Shown here: piece by piece, positions 9,919-20,213 of the stretch
How the letters are laid out: every line of letters starts with the position of its first letter
How positions within the stretch are numbered: the first letter of the stretch is position 1
From: an uncultured candidate division Zixibacteria bacterium
GTDB lineage: Bacteria; Zixibacteria; MSB-5A5; RBG-16-43-9
Length of the DNA stretch: 64,000 bases
Assembly: GCA_963713865.1 (NCBI GenBank)
Contig: OY970208.1
Span: 1-64,000, forward strand
Direction of reading: 5' to 3'
Notes under the pieces: model-generated
The model's input: the letters and a program-made list of their open reading frames with translations, nothing else
Databases searched by the model: none
What the model was told of the DNA's origin: nothing
Program-made: the position numbers and the translations under genes

Positions 9919-10139
9919 GTAGCGTCCTCATTCCTGTGAGGACGATTATTCGTTGCCACGGGAGTGGCAACGCTACAGGTTGAAGGCAAGGCGGTGATAC
10001 CGAGGTTTTTAGAGGCGAACCTGTCCTTCGCTTATGATCAGGATGGTGTCTTCGACCCTGAGGCTTAGACCCGAAGGAAGCTTGTCGAACCATATGTTCG
10101 CCCAAATAAATCAGGGCAGACACAGAGGTCTGCCCCTAC
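9919..10139. repeat. cluster of REP doublets with nested insertions
   Basis: Family D doublet 9919-9976; partial family B; 10010-10139 AGAGGCGAACC...TGTTCGCCC...GGGCAGACACAGAGGTCTGCCCCTAC with internal inserts. Confidence 0.75.
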
Positions 10140-10198
10140 AGAAAAACAATCCCGCTTCGTGTGTAAAGAAATGGTGCCAATAATGAAAGGAAAACCAA

Positions 10199-10790
10199 AT
10201 GTTTCACAATATCCCGAAAGCGATTAAAGAAAGAATGGCTTATTTAGAATCCCTTGATAAAGAAGATAGGTTGGCTAGAAAATCTCCTTTGGAAAGACTA
10301 AGGCAGATACCTCCTGAGACCGGAAAATTCATAGCCTTGCTGGCTGCCACTGCTCCAGAAGGAACTTATCTGGAAATTGGCACGAGTGGCGGCTATTCTG
10401 CTATGTGGCTATCTTTAGCCTGTAAAGAACTGGGTAGAAAGCTTATTACTTTTGAAGTGCTTGAAGAAAAAGCTAATTTAGCCCGTGAGACATTTAAAAT
10501 AGCCGGTTCTGGAGAATGTAATTGAGCTTGTAAGAGGAGATGCCAGGAAATACCTACAGAACTACAAGAACGTTGCTTTCTGTTTTCTGGATGCGGAAAA
10601 AGAAGACTATTATGATTATTATGAGAAAATAGTCCCTAATCTGGTAACCGGGGGTCTGTTAATCGCGGATAATGTCATAAGTCATAAGGAGATTTTGGAG
10701 CCAATGCTAAAAAGAGCATTAAAGGATGAACGTGTAGATGCCCTGGTCGTGCCGGTTGGAAGAGGGGAATTGGTTTGCAGGAAAATATGA
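10199..10790 (+). CDS. class I SAM-dependent O-methyltransferase (apparent +1 frameshift at ~10507)
   Basis: [10 protein letters not shown]; removing one T in GGTTCTGG restores [13 protein letters not shown]...FLDAEKEDY...GGLLIADNV to TGA at 10790. Confidence 0.85.
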
Positions 10791-10794
10791 GGTT

Positions 10795-10850
10795 GTAGAG
10801 ACGCATCGCATGCGTCTCTTTTTTTCGTCCGGGATAAACCCGGACGCTAC
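10795..10850. repeat. mixed REP doublet (family C GTAGAGACGCAT..ATGCGTCTCT plus family D); first hairpin is followed by a T-run and is terminator-like
   Basis: Family C also at 16820-16846, 61496-61518, 61752-61775, 61794-61821. Confidence 0.85.
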
Positions 10851-10934
10851 TCTTTTATCCGCTATCTGTCATTTTTCCTCTTGACTTAACCTTTTTCCCT
10901 TCAGATATTCTTTTCAATAGCAAGGAGTTTAAAA

Positions 10935-11849
10935 ATGAACATAGTTACCTATCGAGAATTAGAAACTAAAGATCCTTTTATGTTATTGATGGACCAGGCT
11001 TTCTGGTGGCCCCTCTCCCCTGCTCAGCTTGAGAAATTAACCAACCTGGATATCCGGCTAAAAAACGGCCCGATAGGATTCTGTGCAGTCGAAGATCGAA
11101 AACTGGCCGGCTATGTAGGTGTAATGGATATTCCTACAAAGACGATTTCCGGGAAGGAAGAGACTGTCGGGGGAATCTGGTGCGTGGCGACCAATCCCCG
11201 CTTTGCTAATAGAGGAATCTGTAAAATCCTGATGGATAAAGCACACCAGTATTTCCTGGAGAAAAAATATCATTTTTCCTTCCTGACCACCAGCCGGATC
11301 ATAATCGCTTATGCCATCTATGTGAAGATGGGATATGTTGAAGTGGAAAAGGTTAACAACTATCCGGAAGTATATAAGGTTCTCCAGGAAAACAAACCCG
11401 AGAAAAAAGTTGAAACCAAGTTAGACCCTGAAAAAATCTTTGACCTCTATCAGAAGTCTGTCAGGGATAAAACCGGATTTGTGGTGAGACAGAATGATTT
11501 TTTAGCTGTTTCCTCGGAAAGGAAACGTTTCGATGAGAAAAAATCGGTTCAAATCGAAAACGGCTATGCCTTAGTTGGAGGTCCCAGAGAAGTTTCCAGG
11601 ATTATGGAATTGGTCAGCCTGGATGAACGAACCTATCATAAGCTGCTTGACCAGGTCGAATCTATGACCCCGAATGGGGTAATCGACCGGATGATCACGG
11701 ATGAAAAGCTTTTGGAAATTTATAAAGACAGAGGATACAGCATTGAAAAAGGGGACCATGGAGTTTTTATGGTCAAGAGATTAGGGAAGTTCGACTTCGA
11801 GGAAAAATACGGAGATGCTTTTCATATAGGAATGATGGATCTGTTTTAA
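10935..11849 (+). CDS. GNAT family N-acetyltransferase (Eis-like)
   Basis: GGIWCVATNPRFANRGICKILM acetyl-CoA motif; AAGGAG RBS. Confidence 0.85.
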   Translation: MNIVTYRELETKDPFMLLMDQAFWWPLSPAQLEKLTNLDIRLKNGPIGFCAVEDRKLAGYVGVMDIPTKTISGKEETVGGIWCVATNPRFANRGICKILMDKAHQYFLEKKYHFSFLTTSRIIIAYAIYVKMGYVEVEKVNNYPEVYKVLQENKPEKKVETKLDPEKIFDLYQKSVRDKTGFVVRQNDFLAVSSERKRFDEKKSVQIENGYALVGGPREVSRIMELVSLDERTYHKLLDQVESMTPNGVIDRMITDEKLLEIYKDRGYSIEKGDHGVFMVKRLGKFDFEEKYGDAFHIGMMDLF

Positions 11850-11930
11850 AAAAAAGCTGTATCCCACCTTGTGGGCAAGGTAGGATACTGAGTTTTTATG
11901 CGATACGCCTAAATCTTGCTAATATGAGAG

Positions 11931-12005
11931 TGTCATTCTGACCCCGCCTTTGGTGGGGGAAGAATCTCGTGGATTCTTCGGTCACTTCGTTTCCTCAGAA
12001 TGACA
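11931..12005. repeat. TGTC/CGTC-type long palindromic repeat
   Basis: TGTCATTCTGA...GAAGAATC...GATTCTTC...TCAGAATGACA, with nested CCCGCCTTTGGTGGG hairpin. Confidence 0.8.
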
Positions 12006-12053
12006 ACATTATCCAAGTTACCCATAAAATGGGTTGATTTTAAAGGAGGTTTT

Positions 12054-14681
12054 GTGTCAAACTTAAAGAAATTCAGAAGTATTATTCTCGTCCTTATTCC
12101 TTTTTTCTTTTTCCCCATCCTCTCTTTTGCTCTACCCGGTTCACCGATCAAAGTTCATTATTTGGATAACGGGATGCAGGTTATCACCAAAGAGGAGCAT
12201 TCCAAGAATTTGATCGCTATCAATATCTTTGTAAAAGGTGGGAGCAGGACCGAAACTCCAGAATTAAGCGGTCTCAGCCATTACTATGAGCACTTGATTT
12301 TCCGGGGTGGAACGGATAAACAGGCTGAGCTTGAAACCAGGAAGGCTTTTCAGAGCCTGGGTCAGTTTTTCGGTTACACCAGCGAGGACGTTACCTGTTA
12401 TTATATGGTTACTCCCAAAGAAAATCTGGATGAGGCTTTATGGCGGTATGCAGATGCAGTTATGGATTTGAAGGTTACCCAGGAGAAAATAGAAACTGAA
12501 AGGCAGGTGATTCTCGAAGAGTACAATATGGATGAGGATAGACCGGATGATGCAGTCTGGCAGCTTTTGGAAAAAAATGCCTTTTTGGTTCATCCATATG
12601 GACAGACGATTATCGGCTCCAGAGAGGTTATAAAAACTGCCAATTTGGACCGGTTCAAAACTTTCTACCAGGAAAGATATGTGCCCAATCAGATGGTAAT
12701 GGCAATCGTAGGCGATTTTAATACCGATGAGATGATGGCAAAGGTAAAATCCTTTTTCGGTAAATACCCTAAGGGAAAAGAATCTTTTGAATTAGGTAAA
12801 GTAGAGCCTGAGCAGACTGAGTTCAGGCAGGCATATAAAAGAATGAAAACAAGCTCCAGTAATCTATACATTGGATTTCATATTCCGGAAGCGGCTCATC
12901 CTGACATACCGGCTTTAGAAGTACTGCAGGCGATCTTAACCCAGGGCGAAAGCTCCAGGCTCTATCAAGTTCTGAAAAAGGAAAATAACTTAGTTCTTTA
13001 CGTAAATTCTTATGTGGACCAGAGGAAAGATCCTGGGCTTTTTGATATCTATGCGCAGTTAGATCCCGGCAATGAAAGAAAGGTCGTGGAGATTATTTTC
13101 AAAGAAGTGAACAAATTATGGCAGGATGATGTCTCGAAAGAAGAATTAGATAAAGCTAAATCTCAAATCGAAAACTCCTATTATTTCGATAACCAGACCT
13201 ATATCAGCCAGGCCCAGCGTCTGAGCTATTATGCGGCCAACAGCGATCTGTTGTTAGAATCATCTTATTTGGACCGGATCAGAAACACCACTGCCTCTGA
13301 CATAAAAAGAGCGGCTGTAAAATATCTAAAGCCCGTTAACGCAGTTTTAGCCATGGTAAAACCTGAAGATGCGAAAGACTCTGATTTTTCTGATCTGGCA
13401 GATAAATACAGCTCGCTTTTACCAGCTTTGACAGAAGAGAACACAAAAACGAAACCAGAGAAACTGGTTTTGTCCAATGGTCTGACCATACTGTTAAAAG
13501 AAGACCATTCCTCTAAAACCATCGCCTTGGAAGGTTACATCAAAGGAGGAGTCTGGTTAGAAAAAGAAAAAAATGCCGGCATCTGCAATTTTACTACCGC
13601 AATGCTCCTTAAAGGGACAAAAGATAATAGCGCAGACCAGCTTGCCCAAAAAATCGACAGCCTGGGTATCGATCTTAATACCCAGACCACCCTGGACTAT
13701 TCCAGGCTCTCCCTTTTGACCACCCCTGAGACTTTTAAAGACGGCTTAAACCTCTTTGTGCAGGCTTTGTTTTACCCTGTTTTCCCGGAGAAAGAGTTAG
13801 AGAAAATGAGAACCGATATAATCGCTCAAATCCGTAGAGTCAGGGATTTAAGTTACGATTTAACCAATCAGGAATTCGTTAAAACGATTTACCATAAATC
13901 GCCCTACAAAAGACCTGTCCCTGGAGATGAGGAAACGGTAAATAAACTATCCTCAGAAGACTTGAAAAAATTCCATAGCCAAACCTTTGTCCCTGCGAAC
14001 ATCATCTTATCTTTAGTTGGAGATTTCAATCCACGGGAGATGAAAAATCTTGTAAAATCCAGCTTTGAAAAAATCCCCTCTGCACCTGCTCCGAAAATCT
14101 CCTTGATCGACGAGCCCTCTCAGAAAAAGGAAATATCGGAGATGATTCCGCAGGAGAAACTTCAGACCACATTCAACCTGGGAAGGATGGGGGTTTCCGT
14201 AACCAACCCTGACTTTCTGCCCCTGAAGTTAGTTGAAAGGATTTTAAGCTCCCGTCTCTTTTTCAAATATGTTTACGAAGAAGGGATGGCTTACCGGATG
14301 TGGACCTATATGCAGTCCCGTTTAGGCTCTGCCCCCTTCACGTTTGAGATGGGAGTATCTCCTGAGAATTTCTCAAAAGCCAAAAATGGAATTTTAAATG
14401 AGGTTAAAGCTTTATTGAAATCGTCCCTTTCGGATAAAGAGGTAGAAACCGCTAAAGCCAACCTGCTCTCCGGATTTTATCTTTCCCAGCAGACCAACAC
14501 CGACCAGGCAAAAACTATGGCTTTTTACGAGTTGTCAGGCTTAGGGTATCTTTATGGAGAGCAGTATCCGGATCTGGTGAACAAAGTTAAAGCTTTCGAG
14601 ATAATGAAAATGGCTAAAAAATATTTAGACCCTGAAAAGTTCACCTTGGTCGCAGTAGGAAAAGTAAAAAAGAATGAATAG
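12054..14681 (+). CDS. M16 family (PqqL/pitrilysin-like) zinc peptidase, secreted
   Basis: Inverted zincin HYYEH, two M16 halves, signal peptide; GTG start after AGGAGG preferred over the track start inside the repeat. Confidence 0.92.
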   Translation: MSNLKKFRSIILVLIPFFFFPILSFALPGSPIKVHYLDNGMQVITKEEHSKNLIAINIFVKGGSRTETPELSGLSHYYEHLIFRGGTDKQAELETRKAFQSLGQFFGYTSEDVTCYYMVTPKENLDEALWRYADAVMDLKVTQEKIETERQVILEEYNMDEDRPDDAVWQLLEKNAFLVHPYGQTIIGSREVIKTANLDRFKTFYQERYVPNQMVMAIVGDFNTDEMMAKVKSFFGKYPKGKESFELGKVEPEQTEFRQAYKRMKTSSSNLYIGFHIPEAAHPDIPALEVLQAILTQGESSRLYQVLKKENNLVLYVNSYVDQRKDPGLFDIYAQLDPGNERKVVEIIFKEVNKLWQDDVSKEELDKAKSQIENSYYFDNQTYISQAQRLSYYAANSDLLLESSYLDRIRNTTASDIKRAAVKYLKPVNAVLAMVKPEDAKDSDFSDLADKYSSLLPALTEENTKTKPEKLVLSNGLTILLKEDHSSKTIALEGYIKGGVWLEKEKNAGICNFTTAMLLKGTKDNSADQLAQKIDSLGIDLNTQTTLDYSRLSLLTTPETFKDGLNLFVQALFYPVFPEKELEKMRTDIIAQIRRVRDLSYDLTNQEFVKTIYHKSPYKRPVPGDEETVNKLSSEDLKKFHSQTFVPANIILSLVGDFNPREMKNLVKSSFEKIPSAPAPKISLIDEPSQKKEISEMIPQEKLQTTFNLGRMGVSVTNPDFLPLKLVERILSSRLFFKYVYEEGMAYRMWTYMQSRLGSAPFTFEMGVSPENFSKAKNGILNEVKALLKSSLSDKEVETAKANLLSGFYLSQQTNTDQAKTMAFYELSGLGYLYGEQYPDLVNKVKAFEIMKMAKKYLDPEKFTLVAVGKVKKNE

Positions 14682-14709
14682 AAAACTTTAAAAAACAAGG
14701 AGGTGTGAT

Positions 14710-14925
14710 ATGAAAACAAATGAAGGTGGTGCGGACAGGCTCATCCGCATAATAGCAGGTGTTGTCCTTTTCATGCTCGGCTGGGGGATTTTAAAAAATA
14801 ATCTCCTGGGCATAATTTTTGATATCCTGGGAATAATTCTCTTTGTTACCGGTATAACCGGTTTCTGTGGACTATATAAGCTCTTGGGAGTCAGCACCAA
14901 AAAAGAGGAAACCCCAAAAGCTTAA
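14710..14925 (+). CDS. DUF2892/YgaP-family membrane protein
   Basis: MKTNEGGADRLIRIIAG...TGITGFCGLYKLLGVST. Confidence 0.9.
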   Translation: MKTNEGGADRLIRIIAGVVLFMLGWGILKNNLLGIIFDILGIILFVTGITGFCGLYKLLGVSTKKEETPKA

Positions 14926-15118
14926 CTGGTCAAACTAATCGGTAAACCCACTTTGCCCTCAAAGTGGGTTTTAGCTTTGACTTTAAAGTAAAGATGTGAC
15001 TACTGCTAAATATAGCGTACATTCTGGAGTTAAAAACCTTTGAACTTTTAATCCTTTGAGCATTTAAACTATTGAAGCTTTAATTCGGAAAACCCCAAAT
15101 AGTAATAGATACAGTATA

Positions 15119-16024
15119 ATGAACTCTGCTTCTATTAAAAAACATATCCTTTTCCCTTCTTTTTTAATTGCCCTTTTATGTTTTATCTGGGGCTCTACCT
15201 GGCTCGGGATCAAGATAGGCTTGGAAGATTCACCCCCGTTTTTATCTGCAGGTTTCAGATTTCTTATAGCTACGAGTTTCCTCTATATCTGGGCAAAGAG
15301 CAAGGGTATAAGATTTTCTAATTACAGGGGTCAGATACTTAAAATCCTGATCCCGGGTTTTTTCATGTATTATCTGTCATATTCTTTGGTTTACTGGGGC
15401 GAGCAATATATAAACTCAGGCTTGACCGCAGTCCTTTTTGCCAGTCTCTCTTTTTTTGTGGCGATCTATGCTACCCTGCTTTTAAAAGGGGAAAAATTAA
15501 ACAGATATAAATTATCCGGACTCGTAATCGGGTTCATCGGCATCCTATTAATCTTCTGGGATAGCTTGAGTTTTTCAGAAAAGAATATTTTCTTAGGAAT
15601 GGCTGGAATTATCTTGAGTGCCGCCTGCTCAGCCTACGCCTCGGTCAGGGTAAAAAGGGATTTGTACTCGGTGGAGCCAATCGTCATCTCAACATACCAA
15701 ATGGGCTTGGGCACATTACTACTTTTGAGTTCAGGCTTTCTCTCGGAAAGACTTTATGATTTTAAGCTGACCTATAAATCTATCGGAGCATTGCTTTACC
15801 TGTCTTTTATCGGTTCAGCCTTTGCTTTTATGACCTATTACTGGTTATTGAAGAAGATAGAAGTTACCAAATTATCTTTGATAGCTTTTATTACACCTAT
15901 TGTTGCGCTGATCTTAGGTTTTTTGATTTTAAAAGAAACCATAACTGGATATTTGCTTTCCGGGACAGTTTTAGTTAGTATAGGTATCTGGCTAGTTACA
16001 CGATATAGCGTAACCGACCAGTAA
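15119..16024 (+). CDS. EamA/DMT family transporter
   Basis: IWGSTWLGIK, SPPFLSAGFRF, ten TM helices in two EamA repeats. Confidence 0.92.
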   Translation: MNSASIKKHILFPSFLIALLCFIWGSTWLGIKIGLEDSPPFLSAGFRFLIATSFLYIWAKSKGIRFSNYRGQILKILIPGFFMYYLSYSLVYWGEQYINSGLTAVLFASLSFFVAIYATLLLKGEKLNRYKLSGLVIGFIGILLIFWDSLSFSEKNIFLGMAGIILSAACSAYASVRVKRDLYSVEPIVISTYQMGLGTLLLLSSGFLSERLYDFKLTYKSIGALLYLSFIGSAFAFMTYYWLLKKIEVTKLSLIAFITPIVALILGFLILKETITGYLLSGTVLVSIGIWLVTRYSVTDQ

Positions 16025-16107
16025 AAGTGAATCCAAGTTTGCTATTAGGAATCAGCAAATTCTACTTGGACGTAACCTGGGGATATTAATGAAAGTGAGG
16101 GGTTAAA

Positions 16108-16731
16108 ATGACAACCTTGGATAGTATAATCGACCGGCAGATAAAAAGATGGGAGCTTGAGAAAAAAAGAAGAGAGGATGAACAAAAATCTCAGGAAAAA
16201 GTGATCCTCCCCCGACCGGTAATCACCGTTTCCAGAGAAAGAGGAAGCCGGGGTACCTACCTCGCAAAAATGTTAGCCGAGAAGCTTAACTATCAGCTGG
16301 TCCACCGGGAGATAATAGATTATATCGTTAAAGATTCGGGAGTAAGGCGCAGGCTCATAGAGTCATTATCTGATGAAATCGGTTTTAGCCATTGCCCAGC
16401 ATGGTGAAACGGTTATAGTTGGGCGCGGGGCAAATTTTATCCTCGGGTTAAAAAAGGTTTTCATATCTGGGTAGTGGCTCCGCTGGAAAAAAGAATGGAA
16501 AACCTGATCGGATACAAGCATTTTAATGCAGCCGAAGCCAAAAAGGAAATCGAGCGTGGAGATAAAGAGCGAAAAGAATTTATTCATACCTTTTTCGGGA
16601 AAAATATCGATGACCCAACTTGCTATGACCTTATACTTAACTCGGCAAATTTTCAGATGGAAGAAGCTCTAGATGTGATACTAAAAGCTTTCGAATCTAA
16701 ATTCAAGAAAAGGGATGAATCTAAAATCTAA
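16108..16731 (+). pseudogene. cytidylate kinase-like family protein with internal deletion/frameshift
   Basis: VITVSRERGSRG N-part; other frame resumes near 16367 YLMKSVLAIAQHGETVIVGRGANFIL...YDLILNS. Confidence 0.75.
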
Positions 16732-16865
16732 AACACTGAAAAGACCTCTGGATTGATGATAAGTCCTCCTGCTGGAAGTAAATAAAACGCTCGGAATAAA
16801 TCAGCCGTTACATTTTCTGGTAGAGACGCATATTATGCATCTCTACTTATCAGGCGACCCTGAAA

Positions 16866-17017
16866 GGGAGTGTTGATAAAGTGTTTTTGGAGTGCAAAAG
16901 CTTGCTTTTGCGATTTTTTTGAAATTTAGATCTCTTTAGATTTCAACTACTTAGATTTTTGAGAAAAATAGCACCAGCAAGCTGGTACACTCCGATTCAT
17001 GGTTTTTCAATAGTCCC
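16866..17017. mobile_element. MITE-like element inserted in a REP hairpin loop
   Basis: Terminal IR GGGAGTGTTGATAAA / TTTTTCAATAGTCCC; TGAAA duplicated at 16861-16865 and 17018-17022; internal GGAG-tagged hairpin pair. Confidence 0.65.
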
Positions 17018-17036
17018 TGAAAGAGTTGCACTACCT

Positions 17037-18582
17037 TTATTCCCACTCGATCGTGGCTGGGGGCTTGGAGCTTATATCGTAAACTACCCGGTTTATCCCC
17101 TTGACTTCGTTTATGATTCGATTCGAGATTTTCCCGATTAAATCGTAAGGGAGAGGTGCCCAGTCAGCAGTCATTCCATCCAGGCTGGTAACTGCTCTTA
17201 AGGCCACTACATTTTCATAAGTCCTCTCATCACCCATTACCCCAACTGACTGTACTGGCAGAAGCACACAAAAAGCTTGCCAGAACCCGGTGATAATATT
17301 TCGAGCTTTTCAATTCCTGGATGAAGATCTCATCTGCCTCTCTTAAGATATCTAATCTCTCTCTGGTTATCTCCCCTAAAATCCTTACTGCCAAGCCCGG
17401 CCCGGGAAAAGGGTGTCTTCCCAGGATATTCTCGGGCAATTGCAGCTCCCTGCCTATTTTTCTGACCTCATCTTTGAATAGCTCTCTCAAAGGCTCGATC
17501 AATTCTAAATTCATCTCCTCCGGCAGACCGCCTACATTATGATGGGTTTTAATGGTGGCAGAAGGTCCTTTAAAAGAGGTGGACTCGATCACATCCGGGT
17601 ATAAAGTCCCCTGGGCTAAAAATTCCACCTCTCCTATTTTATTAGCCTCCTCTTCAAAAACCTCAATAAAGGTTCTGCCGATAATTCTTCTTTTTTCCTC
17701 AGGATCGACTACTCCTTTTAATCGGGAAAGGAATCGCTCAGTTGCATCCACGAAATTTATATTCATATTAAAACCTTTAAAAGCTTGTTTGACTTCTAAG
17801 GCTTCTTTTTTCCTCAACAAGCCATTGTCAACGAAGATACAGCTGAGTTGTTTTCCAATGGCTTTGTTCACCAAAACCGCGCAGACGGAGGAGTCAACCC
17901 CTCCGCTTAATCCTAAGACAATTTTCCCTTTGCCCACTTTTTCTTTTATCTCGTTTACTGCAGATTTAATGAAAGATTTCGGGGTCCAGTTCCCTTTGCA
18001 TCCGCAGATGTCGTATAAAAAATTTTGAATTGTCTTTATCCCGTTCTGGGTATGAGCAACTTCAGGATGGAACTGAACGCCAAATATTCTTTGTTCAGGA
18101 TTCTTAACCGCCGCCAAGGGTATGTTCTCAGATGAGGCTAATCTCTTATACCCTTTGGGCAATTTATTGACGAAATCTCCATGGCTCATCCAGACTGAAA
18201 GTCTTTTCTTTAATCCTTTGAAGAGATCCTGATGATCTATGATATTTATTATTGCTTTGCCATACTCTCGTCTTTTGCTCTTCTCAACTTTACCTCCAAA
18301 AAGATGGGCTAAGAGCTGAAGACCATAGCATATTCCTAAAACAGGGACATTTAACTCAAATACCTTTTTATTGCATACCGGAGCGTTTTTATCAAAGACA
18401 CTGGATGGCCCACCGGAGAGAATAATCCCTTTTAGATTTTTATCTTTAAAGAAATCCGGATCAACTTTGAAAGGTAAGATCTCACAATAAACCTGACTTT
18501 CTCTGATCCGGCGTGCAATAAGCTGGGTATATTGCGAGCCAAAATCCAAGATAATTATGGTTTCGTTTCTTTTCAGCATCAA
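17037..18582 (-). CDS. guaA: GMP synthase (glutamine-hydrolyzing), apparent +1 frameshift at ~17284
   Basis: [34 protein letters not shown]; one-base removal restores [20 protein letters not shown]. Confidence 0.95.
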
Positions 18583-20210
18583 TTTAGTACCACTTTTCCT
18601 ATGGATCCGACTTCGGATAATATGGTATCTTTCTTCCAGTTCTGATCATCTTTATCAGGATAATCCTGGTTGTAATGTAGTCCTCTGCTTTCTTTACGTA
18701 AAAGGGCTGAGCGGATGATAAGTTCTGCTACTATAGAGATACTTCTTAATTCTACAACCTCATAGGTAACCGGGTTTCTATGGTAGAACTGGTTGATCTC
18801 TTTTAGCAGGATATCGATGCGGTCTTTTGCCATTTGTAGCCGACTGTTAGACCGTACGATTCCCACTAAATTCCACATAAAAGATTCTATCTCCTGCCGG
18901 GCATGGGAGATGATCACCCATTCCTTCTGGTCAAAAACCCCTTTGGTGCTCCATTCAGGTATCTGGGGAAACTCGAAACTTTTCTCCTCTCTGAATTTCC
19001 GTTTTGAGCTTTCGGCTGCAAAATTAGCAAATGCTACTGCCTCCAATAGCGAATTAGAAGCCAGTCGATTCGCTCCGTGCATCCCGGTCATGGTTACCTC
19101 GCCACAAGCATAAAGATTATCTATATCGGTTTTTCCTCCCAAATCGGTTATCACTCCTCCGCACATGTAATGAGCGGCCGGGACTACCGGTATCCAGTCC
19201 CTGGCTATATCTATACCCAGAGATAAACAACGGTTGTAGATATTCGGGAATCTGTTCTGGATGAATTCTTTATCCAGATGCGTAATGTCTAAATAGACGC
19301 AAGGATCACCACTTTTCTTCAGCTCAGAGTCTATGGCCCGGGCAACCACATCCCGGGGAGCAAGCTCTTTTGAAGGATGATAGCTGTCCATAAAAGTTTT
19401 CCCGGACTTTAATCTCAGCTTTCCGCCTTCCCCTCTTACTGCTTCAGAGATTAAAAAGGAGTTACCTTTAGGGTGATATAAAGAGGTAGGATGGAATTGA
19501 AAGAATTCCAAGTTTGCTACTCTGGCTCCTGCCTGATAAGCCATAGCCACACCATCTCCGGTGGCAATATCCGGGTTGGTGGTATGAAGATAGACTCTGC
19601 CAGCACCCCCGGTGGCTAAAAGGGTAATCCGGGATAAGAACTTATTTACCTTGTTTTTTTTGATATCCAGAACGTATGCTCCCCAGCATTTAATCTTTTC
19701 CCCTGGTTTACTTTGATAATCTTTAAGATGATGCTGGGTAATTAAGTCTACCGCTATGTGGTCTTCATAGATCGTGATATTTTTTTTATTTTTGACTGCC
19801 TTGATAAGTGCATTTTCAATTTCCTTGCCGGTAAGGTCAGTAGCATGTATAACCCGGTTACGAGAATGTCCACCTTCCCGTCCCAGATCAAACCCTATTT
19901 CTTTCTTGGTGAAGTTCACTCCTATTCTAATCAATTCCTGAATTTCCCCTGGACCTGCTTCCACCACTTTTTTTACCACCTCAGGATTTGAAAGTCCTGC
20001 TCCCACTTTTAAGGTATCCTGGATATGAAGATCAAATGAATCGGTTGGAGAAAGGACTGCGGCGATCCCTCCCTGGGCATAATTGGTGTTAGACTCTGTA
20101 TCCTTTTTCTTGGTGATTATGGCAACGCTTCCAAACTCTGAGACCTTCAGAGCATACGAGAGGCCAGCTATGCCTGAACCGATAATCAGGAAATCTGTTT
20201 TTATCTCCAT
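18579..20210 (-). CDS. nadB: L-aspartate oxidase
   Basis: [50 protein letters not shown]. Confidence 0.95.
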   Translation of the reverse strand: MEIKTDFLIIGSGIAGLSYALKVSEFGSVAIITKKKDTESNTNYAQGGIAAVLSPTDSFDLHIQDTLKVGAGLSNPEVVKKVVEAGPGEIQELIRIGVNFTKKEIGFDLGREGGHSRNRVIHATDLTGKEIENALIKAVKNKKNITIYEDHIAVDLITQHHLKDYQSKPGEKIKCWGAYVLDIKKNKVNKFLSRITLLATGGAGRVYLHTTNPDIATGDGVAMAYQAGARVANLEFFQFHPTSLYHPKGNSFLISEAVRGEGGKLRLKSGKTFMDSYHPSKELAPRDVVARAIDSELKKSGDPCVYLDITHLDKEFIQNRFPNIYNRCLSLGIDIARDWIPVVPAAHYMCGGVITDLGGKTDIDNLYACGEVTMTGMHGANRLASNSLLEAVAFANFAAESSKRKFREEKSFEFPQIPEWSTKGVFDQKEWVIISHARQEIESFMWNLVGIVRSNSRLQMAKDRIDILLKEINQFYHRNPVTYEVVELRSISIVAELIIRSALLRKESRGLHYNQDYPDKDDQNWKKDTILSEVGSIGKVVLN

Positions 20211-20213
20211 AAC

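Noticed and set aside
9839-10123. 94-aa minus-strand ORF
   Set aside because: Runs through the REP cluster; no recognisable protein features.
7969-11888. CRISPR array or integron attC sites
   Set aside because: Repeats are irregularly spaced and belong to several families; no cas or intI gene and no convincing RYYYAAC/GTTRRRY pairs.
12000-12053. Longer N-terminus of the M16 peptidase
   Set aside because: That ATG lies in the palindromic repeat; GTG at 12054 has an AGGAGG RBS and yields a normal signal peptide.
17037-17060. guaA 3' end as attachment site of a genomic island
   Set aside because: No duplicate of the guaA end and no integrase in the window.
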